Positions 1-10,500 of a DNA stretch of 35,991 nucleotides are shown here, one piece after another. Position 1 is the first letter of the stretch. Each line of letters starts with the position of its first letter. The position numbers were made by a program, and so were the translations under genes. The DNA comes from Dimorphilus gyrociliatus (taxonomy: Eukaryota > Animalia > Annelida). The notes below the pieces were generated by a model, which searched no databases, was not told the origin of the DNA, and saw nothing but the letters and a program-made list of their open reading frames with translations. The DNA lies in assembly GCA_904063045.1 (NCBI GenBank), contig CAJFCJ010000186.1, positions 1-35,991 of the forward strand, given 5' to 3'.

Positions 1-189
1 AGTAACTGTAATAAAAGATTTTATGGTAGACAGAGAAAGATGAAAGGCAGTGGCTGCTAAGATTATGTCCATGCCAAATGTATCAAAGTTAATAAGTCTG
101 TTTAAAGTTTCTAAGTTTTAATTAAATTATTGACTCTTTTCATTTATAATTTAGAATCTCAAAAAATATTTTGCACTTTTTTTAACCTT

Positions 190-295
190 TATTTTAAATA
201 TCTTTTCCCACTCCTAGGACATTTTTTCTCACCCTTGGGATGCTTTTTCCCAACCCTGAGGATGTTTTTTCTCAACCCTGCTAAACTGATAGCAT
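190..295. repeat. Dispersed repeat with ~20-bp tandem subunits (tttttcccaaccctgagga-like); second copy at ~35845-35895
   Basis: aaatatcttttcccactcctaggacattttttctcaccc (about 196-234) matches aaatatcttttcccaccctcaggacattttttcccaaccc (about 35854-35893). Confidence 0.7.
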
Positions 296-364
296 GTATA
301 TTAAGCAAAATGTTATCTCAAACAAAATTGAATTTTTTAAACATAAGTAGATATTCCCATTAAA

Positions 365-600
365 GCCGAAAGCGCTTTAAAACATTCTACAGTTTGGGGA
401 AAATATAGATCAATATTTCTTCTTAAAGAAGGTATTTAAAAAAGTAAAATCAGAGACAGACTTGCAAAGTATTTTAGAATTTCTCAGCTGAGAGCTTTTG
501 AAACGAAAAAAGAAAAAGAAACTTAACAATTCATATTTTGATGAATTTTGTAAAGATATTCCTGGTGGATGACATGCAAAAGAAGATGTTGGCGTGAAGA
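365..600 (+). pseudogene. Possible decayed Crypton-like tyrosine-recombinase transposon N-terminal fragment
   Basis: Stitching frames gives ALKHSTVWGKYRSIF...DLQSILEFLS...KRKKKKKLNNSYFDEFCKDIPGG*HAKEDV. This loosely parallels the STLWSxYSML...LxAFLK...KKSKxF...I..FL.EAPD..YL..KV pattern I recall from Crypton-type recombinases. It has stops and frameshifts, and no catalytic motifs were seen. Confidence 0.3.
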
Positions 601-879
601 AAAAGATATGACAGTTGAAAAAGAACCAATTCTTATTTCTGAACCTGAAATCATAATTCTAGAAAGAAGAGAGCCAAATCAGAAAAATACAACTGAAACC
701 ATTCAAAAACAGACACAAAAGGAAAAGTTAGATGATTCTGTTATTTCAAAATCCAGCAGGAAGAGAAAGAGAAACATGACCTACAAAAAGTCAGCAGAGA
801 AAGAGAAAAATTGCAATTGAAAAGAGTCAAGTTATAAATATCAATATTTAGCTATAAATTAATTAAAACATGTTGCCAT

Positions 880-992
880 TGTACAGAGCACTGAACTGTG
901 CAAAAGTAGACCAAGCCTGCTTATCTTTACCAGTGCAATAATAGTTCAATACTATTTATATATTGTAGAATAGAGCTGACAAATGTATGCAT
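880..992. repeat. Dispersed repeat matching the 96-bp tandem unit at 35541-35725 (possible LTR-end remnant)
   Basis: cctgcttatct...caata.tagttcaatacta...tagaatagagctgac.aatgtatg is shared with 35538-35720. Confidence 0.6.
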
Positions 993-1237
993 ATAGAATA
1001 AAACAAAAATATTAAATAATAAACACAAACTTTAAATAACATCAATATTTTTCAGGCTGACTGTCCAAATTGAATTTTAAAGTATCACCAACAGTAGTGG
1101 GACATTATCTCCAATTGCCTACAGCCCATAAAAAAGTATAATGAAGACTCTTCAACAAAATCATTCAACTGGATTTAGTTGCTATTTATGATTAATGTGA
1201 AATGAGAGAAAAAAGAATGAAATATGTTGAAATAGAT

Positions 1238-3055
1238 TTAAATATAATTAAAAAACTTGATAGGATTAAAATATATGTCTACATTTAAAAAGGATTTCTT
1301 GAAAATACCCTCTTTTGAATGTAATGACTGTTCAAGCCTAGACTTTTTTAATGTCATTTTGATATGTTTATATTGAGTATTAGTTAGAAAGCAATCACTA
1401 AAATCAACTGCTTTTAAAACTTTTGATGTATGTGCAAGTATATCACAGATACTTAATAATACATTTCCATACACACCATTTCCACAAAATCTGAATATTT
1501 CAATTTTAAAACATTTTCTCAATATTTCTCCAATTTTCATGCATTGACTTTCATTTTGATAACATTTACCAAAATCAACATATTTTAAATGACTTGTACA
1601 ATGAACAAGTCCATCACAAATGTCCAATAGTCCATTTTTTATCTTTGAATTCCAATTTAAGATGATTACTTCAATTTTAGAACATTTCTTCAGCATCTTT
1701 CCAATTTCTTGACATTGTTTTTCGCCTAGATCACATTTACTAAGATCAATATATTTTAAAGTATTTGATGAAGGGAGAAGTCCATCACAAATCTCTAAAA
1801 ATTCATTTTTGTTGAACAGATTCCTGTTGAAGATGATTATTTCAAGTTTAGAACAAATTTTCAGGATATTCATTATTTGTATAAACTGTCTTTCACTAAT
1901 CCAACATCCACTAAAATCAATGCATTTCAAAGAATCTGATGAATGAGCAAATCCATTACACAACTCCAGTAATCCATTTTCCATTTGAGTATTGCTATTT
2001 AAGAGCAATATTTCTATTTTAGAGCATTTTTTCAGCATATTTCCAATATCTTTACATTGAGATTTAGTTAATTTACAATTACTAAAATCAACATACCTTA
2101 AAGTATTTTTTGAGTGAGCAAGTCCATCACAAATGTCAAATAAGCCATTTTTCATATTTTGATTCCCATTTAAGATGATAGCCTCTATTGTAGAACATTC
2201 TTTTAGCCTATTTCCAAGTTGTAAACATTGTGCTTCATTTAGAGAACATCCACTGAAATTAATGTATTTTAAAGTATTTGTTGATTGAACCAGTCCATCA
2301 CAAATCTCTAAAAAGCCATTTCCCATATATCTATTGTCATCAAAATTGATTTTTTCAACTGTTGAACAATTTTTTAGCCTATCTCCAACTTTTTGAAAAT
2401 GCTTTTCTTTTAGATCACATTTACTAAAGTCAATACATTTAAGACTATTTAATGAATTAACAAGTCCGTCACAAATCTCCAAAAACCCATAGCTCAGATA
2501 TCCATTGCCATTAAAGTTGATTACTTCAATTTTAGAACATTTCTTCAGCATCTTTCCAATTTCTTGACATTCCTTTTCAGCTAGATCACATTTACTAAAA
2601 TCAATATATTTTAAAGTATTTGATGAATAGAGAAGACCATCGCAAATCTCTAATAATCCATTTTCCGTTGAATCATTTCCGCTAAAGATAATTACTTCAA
2701 TTTTAGAGCATTTCTTCAACATCTTTTTAATTTGTCTGCATTGACCTTCACTTAGATTACATTCTTCAAAACAAACATATTTTAAACTATTTGATGAATA
2801 GACAAGACCATCACAAATGTCAAATACCCCATCTTCCATGTTTTGATTCCCATTTAAGCTGATTATTTCAATATTTGAATATGCTTTTAGGACATCTCCT
2901 AGTTGCACACATTGTTTTTCAGTTAGATTACACCTAGTAAAATTAATTTCTTTTAAGGTATTTTTTGAATTAGAAAGTCCACTAAAAATTTTCAATAGCC
3001 CCCTTCTTACTCTACCCAGAGTGAGTTGCTCCATTCCAGAATAAAATTTAAACAT
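1238..3055 (-). CDS. Intronless ribonuclease-inhibitor-like (RI/NLR-type) leucine-rich repeat protein, ~19-20 alternating 28/29-aa LRRs
   Basis: 605-aa ORF with a 57-aa unit (LKYIDFSKCDL.EKQCQEIGKMLKKCSKIEVI.FNGN...GLLEICDGL..S). The DNA period is 171 nt (ccatcacaa or a close variant at 1611, 1782, 2124, 2295, 2466, 2637, 2808). The frame is open a further 23 codons upstream to a stop at ~3127, so it could be the last exon of a longer gene. No NACHT domain was seen. Confidence 0.85.
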   Translation of the reverse strand: MFKFYSGMEQLTLGRVRRGLLKIFSGLSNSKNTLKEINFTRCNLTEKQCVQLGDVLKAYSNIEIISLNGNQNMEDGVFDICDGLVYSSNSLKYVCFEECNLSEGQCRQIKKMLKKCSKIEVIIFSGNDSTENGLLEICDGLLYSSNTLKYIDFSKCDLAEKECQEIGKMLKKCSKIEVINFNGNGYLSYGFLEICDGLVNSLNSLKCIDFSKCDLKEKHFQKVGDRLKNCSTVEKINFDDNRYMGNGFLEICDGLVQSTNTLKYINFSGCSLNEAQCLQLGNRLKECSTIEAIILNGNQNMKNGLFDICDGLAHSKNTLRYVDFSNCKLTKSQCKDIGNMLKKCSKIEILLLNSNTQMENGLLELCNGFAHSSDSLKCIDFSGCWISERQFIQIMNILKICSKLEIIIFNRNLFNKNEFLEICDGLLPSSNTLKYIDLSKCDLGEKQCQEIGKMLKKCSKIEVIILNWNSKIKNGLLDICDGLVHCTSHLKYVDFGKCYQNESQCMKIGEILRKCFKIEIFRFCGNGVYGNVLLSICDILAHTSKVLKAVDFSDCFLTNTQYKHIKMTLKKSRLEQSLHSKEGIFKKSFLNVDIYFNPIKFFNYI

Positions 3056-3390
3056 ATTTTCAATTTGTGTTGATAAATTTTTTAGTAAGATAACACCAAT
3101 ATTATAACATATGATATGATAATTTTATAGATATAGCAGAGACAGAATTATAGTCATAACCATTACATATGGGGTATAACCTTATTATAACCATATCTAA
3201 GTGGTTTTATAGATATTACAGTTGAAGTTGCCATTATCAAGTCTTAGGGCTAGGATCTGCCAATCATGGTTACACAATACCATATTCTTATGACAAAATA
3301 TAGGGGATCACTTTAATTATTCTATATTCTTTAAAAAATGGATAAAAAGAAACTTGCTATGTAATTTATTACAAATGCATCATTCAAGTA

Positions 3391-3412
3391 TAGGGTTAGG
3401 GTTAGGGTTAGG
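3391..3412 (+). repeat. Interstitial telomeric-type (TTAGGG)n tract
   Basis: tagggttagggttagggttagg. Confidence 0.8.
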
Positions 3413-4168
3413 TTTCTGATACTCTGAAATATGAAATAGATTTTGAAAAGTTGAAAAATCAGTTCCTCAAAATTATACCTTAAATGCTTTTTTTATAGCT
3501 TTTTCTTTTATTTTGACGCCATAAAAAAAATGCTAAAGGAACATATTTCATTTCACCATCTTTTTCGACATAGCTGTGTATAGATAAGAGCTAATAAAAT
3601 GGAACCTTCACAACCTTGAATGTTCCATAAATAAACCAGTGATTTGACTAACCAAGCAGATAAGTTGGTGGCTGTTAAGAGAAATAAGAATTCTCTCTTT
3701 ATTTTTATAGGTGTCATCTTTGCAAAACATCATCTAGAATGAAATCTTTATTTGAATAAAAGTTCACTTCTTTGGTTCATTGAGTTTTGGTTTTTGCCTT
3801 GTAAAATTAGCAACTCTTTTCAAGTAATCAACATTTGGCAGGGAATCTGTTTTAAAATAATGATTTCTACTAATCTTTTCCCACTTGAACTAGTGTCAGT
3901 TTTACACATTTCTTTCAAAGTTTTCTAATTCTGAAGTCAGTGGCTAGATGGTCATTTTTACCATGAATGTGTTCTACCTTTGCCTTAATGATTGTTTTCA
4001 AGACATTCTTGCAAGACATATTTGTTTTTTGGTCCTTTTACTGCATAGATGTTGCTTTTAGAAGTTTTAGTTTCAAGTGTGAATGAAATCGATCATTGAT
4101 TAGAATATCTTTTCCCAGTTACAGGAGATTTCATCAAAATTTTAAAACTTTCATAAAATATACCAAAA

Positions 4169-4445
4169 CTAACCCTAACCCTGACCCTCACCTGTACATA
4201 AGAAGGAACATAGAATTGAATCTAGGTCTTCCTGAGATACATTACTCGGAGAAGTGATTATAAATTGCTAAACCTGGCGATTATTTGGAAGGATACCCTC
4301 TAATTACTGTAGGACATAGGCGACAGACACCAGTGATAGAGTCTATAGAATCTAAGGCTGCCAAAAGCCAACTTCACCCCACCACCTTCAACTTTAAGGC
4401 TCCATAGCTCTGGAACTGCTTGGCCGATTTGGCTCAAAAATAAAA
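4169..4445. mobile_element. Probable non-autonomous repeat (MITE/Helitron-derived-like) starting with a (CCCTAA)n tract
   Basis: ctaaccctaaccctgaccct at 4169-4188. Downstream, actttaaggctccatagctctggaactgcttggccgatttggctcaaa resembles the core of invertebrate DINE/HINE-like elements. Boundaries are not resolved. Confidence 0.35.
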
Positions 4446-5890
4446 CTGTTATTTTTAATTTTATTCAAAATTTGGAAGTAGCGTTTGCTAAAGAAGGTTA
4501 AGGACATTAATAAATCAACAATTGATTCTGAGTAATTGTCCTTGATCTCTATTTCAATGCCACCTTCCATTCAAAAAGATTTCCATTGTAAAGATAAATG
4601 CTAATGTTATTTTTAAAAAAACATACTATTTTTATTAAAAATACTCTTTGTTGGTGCTAAATCTCTTTACCTAATCCTGAAACCATTGACATAACCAATT
4701 GTAATATAGAATACACAGAAACTAGTCATAGTGTCCATTATATTGAGATCAAGCTAAATGATTAGAAAGAGACTACCCAGGATTGGGAAAAATTCATCCA
4801 GAAGTATCAGCAAATCAGTGATATTTGTCCCAAAGTTATTTATCAAACTTCCAAATAGAATGCCAGTATTTTCTGCAGTTTTTTAAGAGTATAAAATATT
4901 TTGTTATTGAAAGAATGAAACACTAAGGTTTAACTAGTTTGATGCTAATTAATGATCGTGTTAATTACATAGTCACTAACACTACCTACATTATATTATT
5001 CGAGTTAAATTAATGTTTAAGAAAAAAAGGGGGTGACTAAAAAACAGGTGTCTTTAATGAATATCAGTGCAGTCCATTGTTTAGTAATACCCTTTTACAA
5101 TCGTTCCCTACTTAGAAAATATAAAATCTTTCATACAATTTGATGAAAAAATCTTGTCATGTTTGATAAAAAATTACAAATTTCACTAAAGAAAAACACA
5201 ACATATATAGCTCCAAATATAAAAAATGAGAGTAAAAGACAAAAAAATCATGATTTCAATATGTGCATACACATATTATCCCAGAGAACAAAACATCTTT
5301 AGAGCCACTGTGAGCCACTGATTTTTAGAACAGCCCCTTTTTTGCATTGTGATGCTAGTTATACAATTTTCGCAGTCTTCCTTAATATACATCCCTTTAA
5401 ACTGCGGGAAAGACTCACTTCCTGTCGTTCCTAAATATAAATCAGATGCTATCTTATTATTCTTGACCATTTTTTCAATCCAAAATCAATGTAAAAACTA
5501 TATCGTTTGTGAATTTTTCTGTTGACCTGTTATCAAAACTGTCATGCGTTTTGTAAAGAGGGAAAATTAACTTTTACACAAGCAACTGTTTATGTACAAA
5601 AAAATTTACAACTAAGAAAAGCCAGCACTTATCTTAAGTGTAAAGCAATGTTGAAAAATCTTAAATAAAAGCAACAACTTAAATGGACAAATCTTATTGA
5701 AAAAGGCAATCTCTTTAATAGGCTTTGCATGTCAGATATGTTTATTGCAGTTGTTGACCATTCAATAATTAAAAATTCAAGTCCACAAATTCTTGAGCTA
5801 GCTAAACAATTTTTTTCACTTGTTATTCAAATTTTTCCCCTTAAAAGACATTTTCCAGAGAGCTCCTCATTTCAACTGAAGAAAGCAAAA

Positions 5891-6721
5891 ATGAAAACAA
5901 CTTTTCACATTCTGTGCATCTGTCTCAGTATTTTGATTCTGGTATGTAGAATTTTATTTTTTAAGGAGAAAAATAATCTCAAACGGAAATGTTTATGAAA
6001 GTATTATAAAAGGTGGTTTTGCAATAAAATCATGGTTGGAATGTGGCGAGAAAAACTCAAATGAAGAAACAAATATTGGCAATGCAGATAAAACTACATT
6101 GCCAAATGGGAATGATTTTACAACTCCCCAAGGGAATTCCAATTCTGAAGTATTATATTGCGGCAACAAATCAAAACATGCTATTGTATTGGATTGTAGT
6201 GGTAGAAATTTTACATTAACAACAAATGGTCTATACAGACCAGTTGAGTCTTGTGGCTACAATTTCATAAATACAAATGGTTTAAAAGGTGTCAGTTTTC
6301 CAAAAATTAATAAACACAATTCTATTTTCACTTCAAATTGTCTATTTTCTTTCAAATTTAGAAATTTCTATTGAAATTTAAAACATTTGGTATAGAACAA
6401 CATAACAGATGTGCTTTTGATTATTTTGGTATTAGACATAATCTTCAAGAAACTCGTATTTGTGGTTTTGGAATGAAAAGTTGACCATTTTCAAATATAT
6501 AGTTTTAGACATGTTAACTAATTCTCTTTTCTTATCAACGAACAGATCAGATTGAAAAGTTAAGAAGGTTGTCAATACCAACAATATATTTTGTTGGAGT
6601 GTACATCAATGGTAGATATTTTATAAATGTTGAGCAGTCACTTGAAATTTTCCTAAGAACTGATGACGGAAATCAATTCATATGCTTTGATGCTGAAGCA
6701 AGGTTTCAATGCGAAAACTAG
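5891..6721 (+). CDS. Small secreted CUB-domain protein (about 4 exons)
   Basis: Signal-like MKTTFHILCICLS at 5891. CUB motifs follow: CSGRNFTLTTNGLYRPVESCGYNFIN, FKTFGIEQHNRCAFDYFGIRHNLQETRICG, and SLEIFLRTDDGNQFICFDAEARF, with stop TAG at 6719-6721. The phase at the ~6290/6362 junction does not close cleanly (possible frameshift). Confidence 0.6.
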
Positions 6722-6789
6722 AGAAACTGAATCGTCAACATTAGTATTGTCTATTACCCTGTGTCTGGAGATTTCGTCCTAATATTTGA

Positions 6790-6845
6790 GGGTTAGGGTT
6801 AGGGTTAAGCAAAACCTTGGGGTTAGGGCTAGGGTTAGTTAGGGC
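6790..6845 (+). repeat. Degenerate (TTAGGG)n tract
   Basis: gggttagggttagggttaag...ggggttagggctagggttagttaggg. Confidence 0.75.
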
Positions 6846-7533
6846 AAGGACTTAAGCATATGTTGTTCTTGTATTCATGATTTGAGTGTAATATATCTTA
6901 GATTAGTCAAAAGCTCTGATTATTCTGATAATGCAATATATTATTCTAAATTGTAAAATACCGACAGTTTCCCAGAGATGTTATCCTACCACTGACAGTT
7001 TTTAGTCCTGAAACAAGTGGACCAAACGTGTTCATCCCGAATCAACGTTGTTACAATTTTTCTCTTTAAATTGAATTATCAACAAACGGGAAAGTGTGGA
7101 AAAGATTAGAAATGCTTCCAATTCATTTGAGCATCTATCCCATGATTCATCTGTAGATTGCAAACAGATATTGGGATTTTAGAAAACTGACGAAAAGTTC
7201 ATTCTAACTATGTTTATTATGAATTATTCAAAATCTAGAATTTGAATATTTGAATAATTGAATCCAAAAATTATAAAGATATATCGTCCATTTCATATTG
7301 ACTGATGTTTCATAAAACCGAAAGTGATGAGTTTGTCCATTTGGCCAATTGTCCTTTGTTCCATGGAGATTAAGCTTATTGGGAGACACTACTCACCCTT
7401 ATCTCACACATCGTATTATCTTTTACTCGGATCAAAATCTTTAATTGATTAGCATAATAAAATATATTAGATATATTGCTTTCTTATCAATATTGACATT
7501 ACGCAAACAACAAACAAACATATTTGTGTCGTT

Positions 7534-10500
7534 TCATTTCTTTATCTCTTGAACTAGGTCAGTGATTTTAGGGGATTTAAAATATATTCTTCTTGTAAAT
7601 AGGTTGAGAAGAAAGTCAAGTAACTCTAGTAAGCTAAGGACACTTCCACCCAGGAATAAACCTAGGAAGCCACCAACCTCACCTATGTAAGAGAATAGAC
7701 ACTAATTATCTAGTATTGAGTACTAAAACTGACTTACTAAAAAAGTTGCTAATATCATAACTTCTCTGTTGTTCACTCTTTTGGTATGTGAGTTGTGTAA
7801 AAAACACATCTACAGTTAGGAAATTATCTCTGAAAAGAATTGGGGCTTAAAAGGTAAAAGTTGTCAATTCATTTTATACAAACAATACAAATTGTTCATT
7901 CATTTCCATTTTAGATTTGTAAATATTGATACTTTTTGCCAAATCTGTTAAACATCTCGTAAGCGATGATTTCATGTTGAGAATGTTGTCTTCAAGATTA
8001 TTTAGAGACGCTCGTACTGGTTTAAAATAGGTGGTTAACATTTCGTTCAAATAGGAGTCGAGTAATTGTCCAAAGAATACGCTGACGTTTCTTGGTATCT
8101 ATAGAAAGAGAAATAGCTGTGAGTACATTTGTTTTAAGGTGTGGACAGGTGATAATTATCAAATTTTAATATCAAAATGTTTCTATGTACTTGCAATCTT
8201 TCGTTTGCTAAAAATGGAGTTTCTGGCTCTTCAACATTGGCCATTGGCCGCTGCCATATTGAGAAATTTTGTACCGAAAATGACAGTATAGTAGCTCCAT
8301 CTTCACCTTGATAAGCGTAAAGTGTGTCAATGTTTTCAACGGTTTCTATATAACCAAATTTCACTTTATGACTTGTTGCAGTAATCTCTTTGTTCATTGG
8401 TTCAATGATATTTGTTTGTAGTTTGTCAACGAGCGTGATAATTTTAGTAATAGCCTCATTTATGTTTGTCTCGTTCAAATTCAATTGATTATCTAAAATA
8501 TTGTTTTTATTATTGATAAGTTTTAAGTAGAACAGTTCAACATTTTTGGTGAATTGTTCAAGTTCTGACCATTCTTCATTGAAATTGAAATCGTTAAAAT
8601 TCTCAAATAATTTCCTATTGACAAACAGATGTTTAATGTTTTTTTCTTTGTTTGTCTTCCACTCTAACAGACTTTTGATAGTACTTGAATATTCATCCAA
8701 ACAGCTCAAAAAGCTGTGGAATGCTTGAGAGTATAAGATGAAATGCGATCTAAACTGGATAATAAATGTAGAACCTGAACTAAAAGTTAAAATGTCAACT
8801 AGTTTATTGACCAGAGCTTGAAATTCTTGATTTTGACGAGAGCATTCTTCCTTTCTCTCAACAGTAGCGTGTCTTCTAATTGGCAAATACACTTTCAGCC
8901 TTCTATTTTGGAGGAAAAATGTATCAAGGCTATCTACAAAACTCACGAAATCCTCTGCTATTGAAATAGTGTAAAGTAATTCTTGCTTGAGCGACATTTT
9001 CTCTTTTTTGATCTTCTCCTCAGGAATAAGATTTGATCGAGAGAAATCCAATTTTTTAAATAACTCACCTGCTTTTAAGACTGTTTCAGACAACGAATGC
9101 TTTACTTTTTCCCTCACGATTCCGAACGCTTGTTCAAAAGAGTCGTAGAATTTGAAGAATATTGGATAGAAATTAATCATATCAATATGATAGATCTCTA
9201 GTATCTTGTTCAGACAATTCCCCAATTTGAAAAACATGGATTCCTCATAAGAGAGAGTATTGGTTTTTACATATAGATGAAATTTTTTAAGGTTTTTTAA
9301 CGCTTTTCTAGAAATAGTTAAATCATTGATGAAAGTTGAACCAGTTATTCTCTGCTTTAAATGTTTTGCCTTTCGGAAATTTGAACTTAGTTTAACTGGA
9401 TTGATGCTCAAAAGACTTTCAATGCTTAGAGAGGAAAGCGCCGAATAAGATAACAATGGTTGGTAACTTTTTCTCGAGCAAGGCTCTACGCATGTACAGT
9501 TTTTTTGGTTTAAATTTGATATTTTTGAATTTGGTACAAGACAGTCGAAATATTTGGAGAGCGAACAAAATTTCTTTGACGTGTTCCTCTCTCCTTCGAG
9601 GAGAGGCATATATGAATTTAGGCAACCGCAGTTCTCCAAACTTCTATCCGTTTCACATTCCCTTTTACAAGTAGAATATGAATAGTTATCATAATATTTT
9701 AATGATTTTCTTCCACATTCTCCCCAAGGATGGGTTAAGCTAAAAACCTATAAATAAACACTTCTTGATTAATTGGTGATTGATTACCAAGGGATTGGGA
9801 GAAAAAAACGGCCCACTAGGCTAAAGTTCAGGCTAAGATTTTGGACATTTTCACAGTTTGGAGAATTTTCATTTGAACTCATTTCACTTTGTGTAGGCCT
9901 AAATTGAGGGTTAGGAAGAATAAAGTGGAAAGAAGCTTCGTAACTGGTTAGGGTTAAACACCAAAAAGTGAGCCGTTTTCTCCCTGACTCGGTTACCTAC
10001 CTCGCTGTAATGAACGGAAATCAACGAATGAAATCCAGGCGCAGCTGCAAAACCTAAATCTCTTACGAATGGAATTTCATTGGCATTGTGCAAGAAGATT
10101 TTTATTCCAGAATCCTTTTGCGGGCCAATCATATATTCGTATTCTTCAACATTTACAATCAAATTTAGACCCGAACTTGAACCTTCAACATTTTTTATGC
10201 GACTTAGAATATTTACAAGCACTACAAATCGAAATTAATTATTTCTTTACCCGTTTTCGTTGTTGATAGCAAGTTATTTTCATCCCAATTGAAAGAATGA
10301 CAGTAGCCATAATCCGTAAATTTGGATGTAAAATTTTTAAAAGAGCAAGGTACTCCTTGCCAAAAACACTCATAGATAAGATTTTCTTTTCTATGAGCAG
10401 TATCACTATGAAAAGTTTGTAGATCAATTTTATCTATAGAAGTCAATTAGTAAAATGTTTGTTAGTTTGCTACATAAGAACATTTTGCGTTTACCAATTG

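Noticed and set aside
569-820. 83-aa Lys/Glu-rich ORF
   Set aside because: Low-complexity A-rich sequence with no domain evidence.
1238-3055. 171-nt periodic repeats as a CRISPR-like array
   Set aside because: They are in-frame coding LRR units in a eukaryotic context, with no repeat-spacer structure or cas genes.
3700-5470. Possible upstream exons of the LRR gene, including ORF 5276-5470
   Set aside because: Only faint LRR-like words interrupted by stops; no NACHT or P-loop motif; no phase-consistent model.
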